Assembly: GCA_964584335.1 (NCBI GenBank)
Contig: CAZOZN010000003.1
Coordinates: 86,436 to 150,435 of the forward strand
From: an uncultured archaeon
Lineage (GTDB): Archaea; Aenigmatarchaeota; Aenigmatarchaeia; PWEA01; JAGHBM01
Reading direction: 5' to 3'
Length of the DNA: 64,000 nt
Positions 28,297 through 38,063 of the stretch are shown in pieces. The stretch's first letter is position 1. Each line of letters starts with the position of its first letter. The notes under the pieces are model-generated. The model made no database searches. It was not told where the DNA came from and saw only the letters and a list, made by a program, of their open reading frames with translations. Position numbers and translations under genes: made by a program.

Positions 28297-29984
28297 GGCG
28301 CATAATAAAGTTCCGTTGTATACCTGTTAAAAACGCCGTAGTTTTTTAGATTTACTCTTTTCAGAAGTTCCCAGTTATCTGGAGTTTTGTTCATAAAATC
28401 AGGGAACTTCCTTGACTTCAAAAGCACGTATGGGGAACCGTTTGTTATTACATAAGAATTTTTTATATAATCCCCAGAACTGTAATATTCATCATCACAA
28501 TCTATATTATCACACCCGTAAAGTGTCAATCTATTTCTATAAGTCTGATTATATTTGAAGTAGAAGCTCATCTTTCCAATAAGCCAGTGGTCAGATATGT
28601 ATATTTTTTTATCTCCAATACCCCTTTCTTTTATGATATTAGAGACCTCCCTTACTTCTCCCATACCATTTCTTAAAAAAGTATGTGACTTGCTTGCGTA
28701 AAATACAGATGTAGATAAAAGAAAAGTTATTATCAGGATTCCCATAATTTTTTTATATTTGCCTCTTAGCGGGTTTTCAAATAAAAGCAATGAAACTATA
28801 ATCATTGACGGTATATTCATACATATTAGAAATCTGGGTACTCTTGCCGCCACGCAATAATCCATTATTTCTGTACAAAAGAACTGAAGAAAATATTCAA
28901 AAAACAAAAACATTGTTAATATCCATACTATTAAAAATATCTTGTATTTGTCTTTTTCTTTTCTGTACCTTACAAATCTGTATAAAAAATAAATTATGCC
29001 TATCGTAACGAAGTAGTATAAGAAACCAAACAAAGGCGGGTCGTGTATCCATTCAAAGAAACCGATTTTGTTTTCATAGTTAACGTCTTCCATTATCGGG
29101 GGTGTTAATAGATTCTTTATTACCCACCCTGTAAAATTTGGAATTCCTATCATGTTGAAGCTTTCTGATTCTAGGTTAAACATTTCCTGATAATACCACA
29201 TATAATCTGTGTTATCGTTGCCTCCTGTTTTGAAAGCACTTACTCTGCCTTTCATAGAGTGGAACCATTGACCGGTCGAATTATAAAAATATAAGTTCTG
29301 TAAACCAAACATAAGAAGAAATCCTATAACAAAAACTGAGAAAATCTTAAGATAATCTTTGGATAAATATTCCTTTTTTGTTTTTTTGTCTATAAGAAGA
29401 TAAAAAATCAAAACCGGTACAATAAGAAATATGTAACCTTTTGTTAAGTATCCTATAACCAGAAAAATTCCAGAAAAAAATGCGTAAATTTTTGATTTTC
29501 TTCTTTTTGCTCTAACAGAAAATAGTATGAATAGAGAAGAAAAAAGCATAAACGGTATGTCGGGTCCTATCTGAGTTGCATATATAACATCCAAAGGAAA
29601 AAAAGATAAAAGGAAAGCCGATACTAGTCCTATTTTTTCTGAAAATAATTCTTTGCCCAACAGGTAAGAAACAAAAACACAACCCAGTGAACATATGATA
29701 AAATAAACTGAAGTCGATATTTCATTTATACCAAAGACTTCCCAAAAAAATACTATCGGAAGATATACTGCTATTCTGTTGCTCCAAAAAACTTCATTTG
29801 GCGCCCAATCATCTCCTTTGAATATATGTGAAGCGTATTCAAGATAGGCAAAATCGTCATAGAAACCCATACCTACAAAGAAGAAAAGTCTCAGAAAGAG
29901 TGCTAAAAGTAATATTAGAGTAAGTATTATTTTGGGGTCTGATAATTGTTTTTTTATTTTTTCATTAATTTTTTTATGTTTCAA
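28293..29984 (-). CDS. GT-C fold glycosyltransferase, PMT/ArnT family (paralog 3)
   Basis: YDDFAY motif; same topology; 4-nt overlaps with its neighbours indicate an operon. Confidence 0.6.
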   Translation of the reverse strand: MKHKKINEKIKKQLSDPKIILTLILLLALFLRLFFFVGMGFYDDFAYLEYASHIFKGDDWAPNEVFWSNRIAVYLPIVFFWEVFGINEISTSVYFIICSLGCVFVSYLLGKELFSEKIGLVSAFLLSFFPLDVIYATQIGPDIPFMLFSSLFILFSVRAKRRKSKIYAFFSGIFLVIGYLTKGYIFLIVPVLIFYLLIDKKTKKEYLSKDYLKIFSVFVIGFLLMFGLQNLYFYNSTGQWFHSMKGRVSAFKTGGNDNTDYMWYYQEMFNLESESFNMIGIPNFTGWVIKNLLTPPIMEDVNYENKIGFFEWIHDPPLFGFLYYFVTIGIIYFLYRFVRYRKEKDKYKIFLIVWILTMFLFFEYFLQFFCTEIMDYCVAARVPRFLICMNIPSMIIVSLLLFENPLRGKYKKIMGILIITFLLSTSVFYASKSHTFLRNGMGEVREVSNIIKERGIGDKKIYISDHWLIGKMSFYFKYNQTYRNRLTLYGCDNIDCDDEYYSSGDYIKNSYVITNGSPYVLLKSRKFPDFMNKTPDNWELLKRVNLKNYGVFNRYTTELYYAP

Positions 29985-31612
29985 ATATAACCCAGCCCCC
30001 TTAATCTTTCTTTTATTTTTTCTTTGTCTATGTCTTCTTTGTCTTTATCTTTTTTGGTTAAAGGGTTTTTTATTTTTTTATGTTTTATTTGGTTTTCTCT
30101 AAGATAATCTTCTTGAATTATTTCTTTCATTATATTTCCGTCAATTTTTTCAGGAATTCCTTCGTTTAGGAGGTACAATATTGTCGGCATTATGTCTGTT
30201 ATATTCCTTTCTCTTAATTGTGAATTTTTTATTGATTTACCACACGCGAAAAATATCCCATTGATTTTATGTCCACCTGTTCTGCCAACTGCCTGTGGTG
30301 TTATTAGTTTTTGTGAACCGAATTCAAACATCTTTACCGGAAGATAGTTCATTTTTTTATCGAAAAAAACCATGTCAGGTGCCAATTCATCTTTGCATTT
30401 ACCGTATAACTCTTTTTTTGTATATATACAGTCAAACATACTTTCTCCGGACGGTTTTTTAATTTCCTTTAACTCTTTTTTTATTTTCTCTGTAAATTTA
30501 TCGTAGTCTCCTATGTTTTCTTTCTTGAAGTAAAATTGACCGAATTCTCCCAGTGAAAAAACTTTACTTTTTTTAAGGTCTATATCATCAGTAGAAAGGA
30601 ATAATTTTTTTGCAATTGACTCTAAAATAGATTTTGATTCAGACGTAAAAGTTTTTTTGTAGCTAATATTAAGCGGATTTAATCTCATTTTTCTCAATAA
30701 ACTTAAAACGTTGTACTGAGTGAATCCTGAATTATGTAATATTTTTTTTATTTTTGTTTTTCTTTCTTTCTTTAGTTCTAGAAAACCTTTTTTTATTAGC
30801 CAGTTGTTTATGTAAGTTGTTTTATAAACTGGACCAAAGCCATGGTCCGATAAAACAAAAAGAGTTGTATCTTCGTCCATTTCATCTATTATCTTAGATA
30901 TAAAACTGTCCGCTTTCTCGTAGAATTTGAACAAGTATTTTCCGAATTCATTTTTTTTGTATTTTGGATGTTTCTTATCTATATATCCCCACAATTCATG
31001 AGAAAGCTCATCCAAAACGTGGAAAACACATATAATCAAATCCCATTCCTTGTTCTCTTTTAAATAATAGAATATTTTTTCTGTATTGTCCCAGCATCTA
31101 TACTGGTCTTTTATAAACGCTTCTTCGTTGTTTTCTGAGTAGTATATTTCCGGCTGAATTTTAAATGAATTTAAATTTTTTTTAAGTTCTTCATGTATTT
31201 CTTTTGGATAACAGTAGTTTGAATTGTTTTCTGGAGCAGGTAGTCCTGAAATCATTATACCGTTTAATTTTTCTGGAGGATATGTGAGAGGTACATTTAT
31301 AGAAATGACTTTTTTGTCTTCCATGTAGTTCCATACACATGGGCATTTTCTGTCTTTTGAAGTTGTCAAATCTTTTTTATATTCTTTTGTAATTTTTAGA
31401 AAATCATATACCCCGTGTTTACCCGGGCCATTTCCTGTTAAAAAAGAAGTCCAAGCAGGCGGTGAGGATGTCGGTATTGTTGACTTCAATTTTCCGAAAG
31501 AATTACTTTCTTTTATATTTTTCAGTGCAGGCAGTTTACCTTTTTTCATCAGAAAATTTATTATTTTCCAGTCAGCACCATCTAAACCAACAACTATAAA
31601 CCTTTTAGGCAT
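29981..31612 (-). CDS. alkaline-phosphatase-superfamily enzyme, type I phosphodiesterase/nucleotide pyrophosphatase-like
   Basis: FIVVGLDGADW, then STIPTSSPPAWTSFLTGNGPGKHGV (Thr/Ser nucleophile region, NPP-like). Confidence 0.6.
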   Translation of the reverse strand: MPKRFIVVGLDGADWKIINFLMKKGKLPALKNIKESNSFGKLKSTIPTSSPPAWTSFLTGNGPGKHGVYDFLKITKEYKKDLTTSKDRKCPCVWNYMEDKKVISINVPLTYPPEKLNGIMISGLPAPENNSNYCYPKEIHEELKKNLNSFKIQPEIYYSENNEEAFIKDQYRCWDNTEKIFYYLKENKEWDLIICVFHVLDELSHELWGYIDKKHPKYKKNEFGKYLFKFYEKADSFISKIIDEMDEDTTLFVLSDHGFGPVYKTTYINNWLIKKGFLELKKERKTKIKKILHNSGFTQYNVLSLLRKMRLNPLNISYKKTFTSESKSILESIAKKLFLSTDDIDLKKSKVFSLGEFGQFYFKKENIGDYDKFTEKIKKELKEIKKPSGESMFDCIYTKKELYGKCKDELAPDMVFFDKKMNYLPVKMFEFGSQKLITPQAVGRTGGHKINGIFFACGKSIKNSQLRERNITDIMPTILYLLNEGIPEKIDGNIMKEIIQEDYLRENQIKHKKIKNPLTKKDKDKEDIDKEKIKERLRGLGYI

Positions 31613-31641
31613 ATTAATATATTTTTTCTGTTATATTATAT

Positions 31642-32340
31642 ATGCATAGAGTTTCGGTAGTTTTGCCTGTTTATAATGAGGCCTCTGTTCTAAAAGATTC
31701 TGTCAAGAAAGTTTTAAAATATATGAATGGCCTGGGTTTTTCTTATGAAATAATAATAGCTGCTGATGGTTCCACCGACGGTACTTCCGAGATAGCAGAT
31801 GAACTTTCTTCTAATTACAGCCAGATAATTGTTTCCAATTCTAGAAACAGGCTTGGTAGAGGCAGGGCTCTTAAAAAATCTTTCAGGATGGCAAAATCGA
31901 AATATATGATTTATTTTGATATAGATTTGTCGACTTCTTTGGATTCTATAAAGGATGCAATTGATTGTCTGGATAAGGGATTTGATATATGTATTGGTAG
32001 TAGATTGCTTCCCGCATCTAAAACCAAAAGGTGTTTGAAGAGAGAAATGTCTTCAAGAGGTTACAATATGCTTGGAAGGTTCTTATTTAATTCTAAAATA
32101 ACTGATTTTCAGTGCGGTTTCAAGGCATTTAGTAAAGATACACTGCCTATAATATTGGAGTCGAAGAACAATCATTGGTTTTGGGATACTGAAGTTCTTA
32201 TAAGAGCCGAGAAAAGAGGAAAGAAAATATGCCAGATACCTGTAGAATGGGTTGAAGACAGAAAAACTAAGGTAAATATTTTTAGGTGCATTCTGGGCAT
32301 GGGAAGCAGGATGTTGAAATTAAGGTTCAGTTTACTTTAA
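31642..32340 (+). CDS. GT2 glycosyltransferase (dolichyl-phosphate sugar synthase-like)
   Basis: VVLPVYNEA, DGSTDGT, DIDLS motifs. Confidence 0.75.
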   Translation: MHRVSVVLPVYNEASVLKDSVKKVLKYMNGLGFSYEIIIAADGSTDGTSEIADELSSNYSQIIVSNSRNRLGRGRALKKSFRMAKSKYMIYFDIDLSTSLDSIKDAIDCLDKGFDICIGSRLLPASKTKRCLKREMSSRGYNMLGRFLFNSKITDFQCGFKAFSKDTLPIILESKNNHWFWDTEVLIRAEKRGKKICQIPVEWVEDRKTKVNIFRCILGMGSRMLKLRFSLL

Positions 32341-33663
32341 AAAATTTATGAATAATCTTATTTTGTCCGACAGGGAACCTATCTTAAATAATCTGAAAAT
32401 CATTTTTGGTCTCATATAAAAATTCTTGTACGCCTTTCTTACTTTTTTCTTTAGGAATTCTTTTTTGAATTCTCCTGATTCTTCTGGAAAGAATATTCTA
32501 TTCTTAAATGAATTCTCATAGAAAGAAGTTCCCGGATAAGGAGTTGCTATATGAAATGATGCATATGTTGGGTCAATTTCTTTGGAGAATTTTATAGTTT
32601 CTTCCATATCCTTTTCTGTTTCTCCTTTTAGACCAAAAAGGAAGAAAGCGACCGTATCTATTCCAACTTTTTTTACCAACTTCATTTTTTTCCTTATTTC
32701 ATTTTTTGATATTCCTTTTTTTGTTTCTTTTAGTACTTTTTGTGAACCGCTCTCGACTCCAAAATGAATTATCTTACATCCGCTTTTTTTCATTTTTTTA
32801 AGTAATTCTTCTTCTATTGTGTCGAATCTTGTCTGACAAGTCCAGTTTATTTTATATCCTTCTTTTGTAATAAAGTCACAGATTTCTTCTACTAATTTCT
32901 TATTTAATGTAAATTCCAAGTCAAAGAAATATAAGTTCTTTATATTGAATTTTTCAATAAGATTTTTTATCTCTTTTTTAATTTTTTCTGGGCTTTTTGT
33001 TCTGTATTTTCCGTACATTTTTTTAAGACAGAAAATACAAGAATAAGGACATCCTCTAGAAGCTTCAAGAAGAGCGAATCTCTTTCCCATTATTTCATAT
33101 TCATAATTGTCCATTTCGAGCAGGTGATATGCTGGAAAAGGCAAATCATCCATTTTTAAATTTTTTCTTTCTCCGGTGAAAAATACTTCTCCTTTTTTCT
33201 TTATGAAAATTCCCCGTACTTTTGATATATCTTTTTCTTTGCATAAATCAAGTATTGTTTTTTCCGGCTCGCCTTTTATTATACCATCCAATTCAACGTT
33301 TTCGAATATTTTATCGGGCATTACTGAACCATGTACCCCCAGAAGATATAGTTCCGATTTAAAATTTTCTTTTATTTTTTTAATAATCTCGTAAACTGGT
33401 TCCAAGTTAAGATGAGGACATTGCCATCTGTCGATACTTGAACTTGTTACAAATATTTTGTCCGGTTTTTTAATCTTTTTTAAAATTTGTTCTGGTCCTA
33501 TTCTTTCAGCGTTTGCATCTATTATATTAACATCAATTTTATTATTTTCTAGCATGGCTGCCGAAATTGCAAGTGACATTGGAGGCCATATCCTATTGAA
33601 TATAAGACCCTTCTTTTTCTCTACTGGATAATCGAATGACGGATTTATCAAGTAGACCTTCAT
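32332..33663 (-). CDS. B12-binding radical SAM protein (class B)
   Basis: Start taken at MKVYLINPSF; Rossmann-like B12 domain, then ASRGCPYSCIFC (CxxxCxxC). Confidence 0.65.
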   Translation of the reverse strand: MKVYLINPSFDYPVEKKKGLIFNRIWPPMSLAISAAMLENNKIDVNIIDANAERIGPEQILKKIKKPDKIFVTSSSIDRWQCPHLNLEPVYEIIKKIKENFKSELYLLGVHGSVMPDKIFENVELDGIIKGEPEKTILDLCKEKDISKVRGIFIKKKGEVFFTGERKNLKMDDLPFPAYHLLEMDNYEYEIMGKRFALLEASRGCPYSCIFCLKKMYGKYRTKSPEKIKKEIKNLIEKFNIKNLYFFDLEFTLNKKLVEEICDFITKEGYKINWTCQTRFDTIEEELLKKMKKSGCKIIHFGVESGSQKVLKETKKGISKNEIRKKMKLVKKVGIDTVAFFLFGLKGETEKDMEETIKFSKEIDPTYASFHIATPYPGTSFYENSFKNRIFFPEESGEFKKEFLKKKVRKAYKNFYMRPKMIFRLFKIGSLSDKIRLFINFLK

Positions 33664-33668
33664 TTTAA

Positions 33669-34703
33669 TCACAAAATATTTCCCATTATTGTCTGATATG
33701 CTTCGCAGGGTGTCCAGCAACCTGGACATTTGCCTTCTTTTATTTCTTTTCTTGTTTCTTTTGATTTTTTTGAGTTCCAAATCTTATTCAAATCGTATTC
33801 AGTTTCTCTTATGTTACCTATTTTCTTGTTAAATATTGTACAAGGATAAACATTTCCTTTAGGGTCTATGAAGCAAGAAGAATTTAGGGATTTGCACTTG
33901 AGCGGACAATTTCCCGTTTTTATATAGTTTCCTGAGAGTTTCAGAAATTTTCTCTCAATAAAAGAGACTGGGTTTAGACCTTTTTTTATCTTTATAAAAT
34001 CCAAAAGTTTTTTTTCGAGTTTTTTTTCATATTTTTTGTTTTTGTTTGTTTCACCTTTGTTATTAAAGTATAAGTCAGATTCATGGTAGAAATTTATATG
34101 GAAATCCTCCATTTTTAGTTCTGGTATTTCTTTTTTGATTTCATTAAAAGTATTTTTTATTTCGTCTATATTATATTTGGAAATTGTGTATCCTATATAA
34201 CATTCAATTTTGTTTTCCCTTAGCTTCTTATAAGTTTCCACTGCATTTTTCCAGCAGTTTACACCTCTTAATTCGTTATGAAGCTCTCTTGGACCATCTA
34301 TACTTACTGTTACTATGAATTTTGGAACCAGATTTTTAATTTTTTTACAATTTCTGTTTATCTTTTCTGTCAATATACCGTTTGTTGTCAAGTTTAGAAG
34401 GTAAGTTCCTTTCATAGAGCTTACTATATCTACTATATCTTCCCTTAGAAAAACTTCCCCTCCTGTTAAATTTACCCAAGGAATCTTGTTTTTTTTAAAG
34501 AATTTTTTTATTTCTTCCTTTTTCAGTTCATTTTTAGATTCTCTTTTCCATATACCACAAATCTTGCATCTGGAGTTGCAACTATATGTTACTGCAAAAG
34601 TTATCTTGTACGGCTTACTTAATGTTTTTATGTTTGATAGAAAAACATTCCATCCCAGGTTTATTAATTCGAGAATTCTAACACCCTCTTTTAATGAATT
34701 CAT
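33669..34703 (-). CDS. radical SAM protein with C-terminal SPASM domain
   Basis: TYSCNSRCKICGIW (CxxxCxxC); C-terminal Cys cluster CPLKC...C...C...CPGCWTPC. Confidence 0.65.
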   Translation of the reverse strand: MNSLKEGVRILELINLGWNVFLSNIKTLSKPYKITFAVTYSCNSRCKICGIWKRESKNELKKEEIKKFFKKNKIPWVNLTGGEVFLREDIVDIVSSMKGTYLLNLTTNGILTEKINRNCKKIKNLVPKFIVTVSIDGPRELHNELRGVNCWKNAVETYKKLRENKIECYIGYTISKYNIDEIKNTFNEIKKEIPELKMEDFHINFYHESDLYFNNKGETNKNKKYEKKLEKKLLDFIKIKKGLNPVSFIERKFLKLSGNYIKTGNCPLKCKSLNSSCFIDPKGNVYPCTIFNKKIGNIRETEYDLNKIWNSKKSKETRKEIKEGKCPGCWTPCEAYQTIMGNIL

Positions 34704-35349
34704 ACATTATTGTCTTGAGTATATTCCAACCATCCGTAAATGTTCTTAGGTTACCTTTTCCATATTTGCGTGCTTTTTCAAAGCTAGGTACCTCCAGAAC
34801 TCTTAGCCTCTTTTTAGCTGATTTTATTGACATTTCTGTTTCTATACCGAAACCATTCCTTCTTAAACCCAATTTTTTAATTGTAGATTTTCTAAAGGCC
34901 CTGTAACCGTAGCATAAATCAGAGTATTTCATACCCCAGATTAAGTTAACCAAAGAAACAAAGAATTTATTTCCTATTTTTCTGTGAAAAGACATGTCTT
35001 CTGTTCCACCGCCTTGTATAAATCTTGAACCCATACATACATCATATCCCGCTTCTATACCGGCCTTTAATAATATTATCTCTTTTGGTATCATTGAACA
35101 GTCTGCGTCTATATTTATGACAATACCTCCTGTTGCTTTTTCCATACCCAGCCTTAGCGCGGATCCCTTGCCTTTATCATCGTATACTATCCTACACCCG
35201 AACTTTTTTGCTATATCAACGGTCTTATCCTTTGAGTGACCATCTACTATAATTATTTCATCCACACAGTCAAGCTCTTCCATTTCCTTTAATACTATTG
35301 GTAAATTTCTCTCTTCGTTTAGTGTTGGTATTACCACTGAAACTTTCAT
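34678..35349 (-). CDS. GT2 glycosyltransferase
   Basis: VVIPTLNEE, DGHSKDKT, DADCS motifs. Confidence 0.75.
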   Translation of the reverse strand: MKVSVVIPTLNEERNLPIVLKEMEELDCVDEIIIVDGHSKDKTVDIAKKFGCRIVYDDKGKGSALRLGMEKATGGIVINIDADCSMIPKEIILLKAGIEAGYDVCMGSRFIQGGGTEDMSFHRKIGNKFFVSLVNLIWGMKYSDLCYGYRAFRKSTIKKLGLRRNGFGIETEMSIKSAKKRLRVLEVPSFEKARKYGKGNLRTFTDGWNILKTIMYEFIKRGC

Positions 35350-36149
35350 TTTTTCCTACCCCCAAACTTGAAATAAAGAAAAATAGCGAAAAGAACAAAG
35401 AATATGGAAGCAAGGATTAATATTAGATTATTTTGTTCCTTTTTTTCTACTATACTTACAACACCGCTACCGAATGAAGTATAGTGGTAACCGCTCTTTT
35501 CATATTCAAGAGAGGTTATTATGACGTATGAACTCCCCGGAAGGGCACCAAAAGACTCTATTTCATATTCAATTTCTTTTTCCTCTTTAGGCCCTAGAGT
35601 AACGTATTTTTCTGATTCATCTCCCTTTATTTCTCTGGGCAAGTATAGTTTTATTTTTATTTCTTTTTGGTCATTTTCAAAGTTCCTTATTTTAAGACTT
35701 GTTTTCTCTGAATCATCTTTAGATACTTCAATTTTCTCAAAGGTACCGTGTATTGAGGATTCGTAACCTTTTCTGTATGTTATTGTATGTGGAGATATAA
35801 CGGAGAATGGATACATGTTTGCGTCATGGTATATCGTCTTTATTAAAAATGGGTAATTGCCTTCTGTTATATTATTTTTTAGTGAAACAGATAAACTACC
35901 GTTTATTTTATCTCCTGGATTAATCGAATCTTTTTTTATTTCTCCATTTATTTCAAAGTATTCAGAGCTGAAGGGTTCTATTTCTACTTTATACGCTGAT
36001 TCATCACCCATTTGCTCAATATTTACAATAATCTCTGTCGAATTTTTGTGAATTATACTTGATTTTAGCTGAGTTCCTATGCTTATATAACTACCGTAAG
36101 CAGTTGAAGCAAATAGAATTAATATTAGCAATATTATGATTTTTTTCAT
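35346..36149 (-). CDS. exported protein with signal peptide and C-terminal TM anchor (surface protein)
   Basis: N-terminus MKKIIILLILILFASTAYG; C-terminus LILILASIFFVLFAIFLYFKFGGRKK; 4-nt overlap with the downstream GT2. Confidence 0.4.
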   Translation of the reverse strand: MKKIIILLILILFASTAYGSYISIGTQLKSSIIHKNSTEIIVNIEQMGDESAYKVEIEPFSSEYFEINGEIKKDSINPGDKINGSLSVSLKNNITEGNYPFLIKTIYHDANMYPFSVISPHTITYRKGYESSIHGTFEKIEVSKDDSEKTSLKIRNFENDQKEIKIKLYLPREIKGDESEKYVTLGPKEEKEIEYEIESFGALPGSSYVIITSLEYEKSGYHYTSFGSGVVSIVEKKEQNNLILILASIFFVLFAIFLYFKFGGRKK

Positions 36150-36179
36150 AAGAATTTTTTAATTTCCTACAAATATAAA

Positions 36180-37091
36180 TTATTTCCTCATTAGCACGAT
36201 TCTGCTCCATTTACTTTCGTCTTTTTTATTGTAGCTGCAGTTTTCTTCTATTTTTTTGGCGAATTCTTTTATTTCTTCATGTAGCGGCATTTCATTATAT
36301 TTCAGCCTTTTTCTTGAAAACCCCACTGACATAAAACTCTTTACTTCTAGAAAGTCAGGTTTGTTTTTTTCTATTATTTTTGCGTATAATTCCGGTTTAA
36401 CGAAATTCAGGTTTTTTACAAGGGTTAGTCTTACTACAGTATTGCAGGAATAATTATCCAGTAGGGATAAAGATTCCATTATTTTTTCCCAGTGGTTTCC
36501 TATAGGCAGGCATGTTTTTTTGTATATTTCTTCATTTGGAGCGGGTAATGTTACATAAAGATTGGTAGGTTCCTCCATGTCTTTTAATACATTCGGGTTT
36601 GTACCGTTTGTCACTATAAAGACAGAGAATTTTCTTTTTTTAAATTCTTTAATGAGTTCTGATATTTCAGGATATTCTGTGGGCTCCCCTGCCAAGGATA
36701 TTGCTACCTGATTTGGATTCATTGCTTCATTTACCGTTTTTTTATCTGCTTTTTCATTCCCCTTGAATCCTGATAAAAGTTCCCTTTGGGCTTCTATGCA
36801 GCCTTCTACTATTTCTTCAGGTTCGTCAATTTCTCCCTTCCATTCGGGGTTTGTTATTGATGTGTCTCTCCAACAAAATCTGCATCTATGTTTGCAGAAA
36901 GGCACAGCGGGACTCATCTGTATACATCTGTGCGTGCTTATACCATAAAATTGTTGTTTGTAACAAAAGCCTTCCCCCGCTATTGCTTTTCTGGTCCAAG
37001 AACATGTTTTGACTGCAGTATGCTTGTTTTTTCCTACAAAACGGTAGCCCATTTTTTCCATTCTTTTTATGTCTTTTTCCGGTATAATCAT
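36180..37091 (-). CDS. radical SAM tRNA 4-demethylwyosine synthase Taw1/TYW1-like
   Basis: Auxiliary-cluster cysteines (KTCSW, GFCYK, HRCIQ), radical SAM CKHRCRFCWRD, and GEPTEYPEI. Confidence 0.55.
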   Translation of the reverse strand: MIIPEKDIKRMEKMGYRFVGKNKHTAVKTCSWTRKAIAGEGFCYKQQFYGISTHRCIQMSPAVPFCKHRCRFCWRDTSITNPEWKGEIDEPEEIVEGCIEAQRELLSGFKGNEKADKKTVNEAMNPNQVAISLAGEPTEYPEISELIKEFKKRKFSVFIVTNGTNPNVLKDMEEPTNLYVTLPAPNEEIYKKTCLPIGNHWEKIMESLSLLDNYSCNTVVRLTLVKNLNFVKPELYAKIIEKNKPDFLEVKSFMSVGFSRKRLKYNEMPLHEEIKEFAKKIEENCSYNKKDESKWSRIVLMRK

Positions 37092-38002
37092 TTTACCACT
37101 ATTTCCTTTAAATCTTCAGCTATTTCAGTGTTCGGGAAAATCTTCTTTGCTTTCTCTAAAAGTTTTTCTGTTTCTTTATATCTTCTTGAGAAGTGCGTCA
37201 AGACCAGTTTTTTTACTTTTGCATCTTTTGCTATTTTTGCCGCATTTACAACGCTTGTGTGTCTTTCTAAGTGATGTTTTTTACCGTGTTCATCCAAAAA
37301 AGTACCTTCGTGTATAAGCAAATCAGAGTTTTTTGCCATGTTCGAGAGATTTTTGCAGGGCGCTGTATCACCGGAGTATACTATTTTTTTGCCCTTGGTT
37401 TTTTTTGCTATATCTTCAAGTTTTATTTTTTTATCGTTAAGGATTATCTCTCCCTTTTGCTTTATTTCTTCCAGTATTTTTCCCTCCTCCAAACCTCTTT
37501 TCTTAGCTTTTTTTAAATCAATATTCCACCTATCTTTTTCCTCAAAACAGTAGGCTACAGCGGGAACCGAGTGCTTTACCGGAACAGAAAGTATTCTGTA
37601 ATGCTCGTTTTCAAAGATTTTTGATATGTCATTTCCCTCGAAGCCTACATCTTTTGTTTTCAATTCAAACCCGAAGTCCCAGTAACTAAGTTCTGAAAAG
37701 GCGTCTATGAATCTTGAAGCTTCTGGACCATATATTGTTAGAGGTTTTTCTCTCTGTTCCAGGTTGAAGGTTTCTATGAGTCCTATCAATCCTGCGAAAT
37801 GGTCTGCATGCCAATGGGTTATAAACACCCTCCTTATTTTCATAAAATGAAGGTTGGCTTTCATCATTTGAAGTTGTGAAGATTCCCCGCAATCCCAAAG
37901 CATTAAATCGCCCTGATAATCTATGAAAATACCAGGATGATGCCTTTCCGGGGTTGGTATTGAGGAACCCGAACCGAGAAAAACAACTTTTATTTTGGTC
38001 AT
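37088..38002 (-). CDS. rnz: ribonuclease Z (tRNA 3' endonuclease)
   Basis: VVFLGSGSSIPTPERHHPGIF, LWDCGESSQLQ, HWHADHFAGL metallo-beta-lactamase motifs. Confidence 0.8.
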   Translation of the reverse strand: MTKIKVVFLGSGSSIPTPERHHPGIFIDYQGDLMLWDCGESSQLQMMKANLHFMKIRRVFITHWHADHFAGLIGLIETFNLEQREKPLTIYGPEASRFIDAFSELSYWDFGFELKTKDVGFEGNDISKIFENEHYRILSVPVKHSVPAVAYCFEEKDRWNIDLKKAKKRGLEEGKILEEIKQKGEIILNDKKIKLEDIAKKTKGKKIVYSGDTAPCKNLSNMAKNSDLLIHEGTFLDEHGKKHHLERHTSVVNAAKIAKDAKVKKLVLTHFSRRYKETEKLLEKAKKIFPNTEIAEDLKEIVVK

Positions 38003-38063
38003 AAGACTATTTAAGATGCAGTAATATTTAATAATAAAACGGTTTATCTTTAATTGTGTTTTT

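Noticed and set aside
33664-33780. 39-codon N-terminal extension of the B12-radical SAM ORF overlapping the SPASM gene.
   Set aside because: A K/R-rich unlikely leader. MKVYLINPSF is a typical start and leaves a 5-nt gap to the upstream gene.
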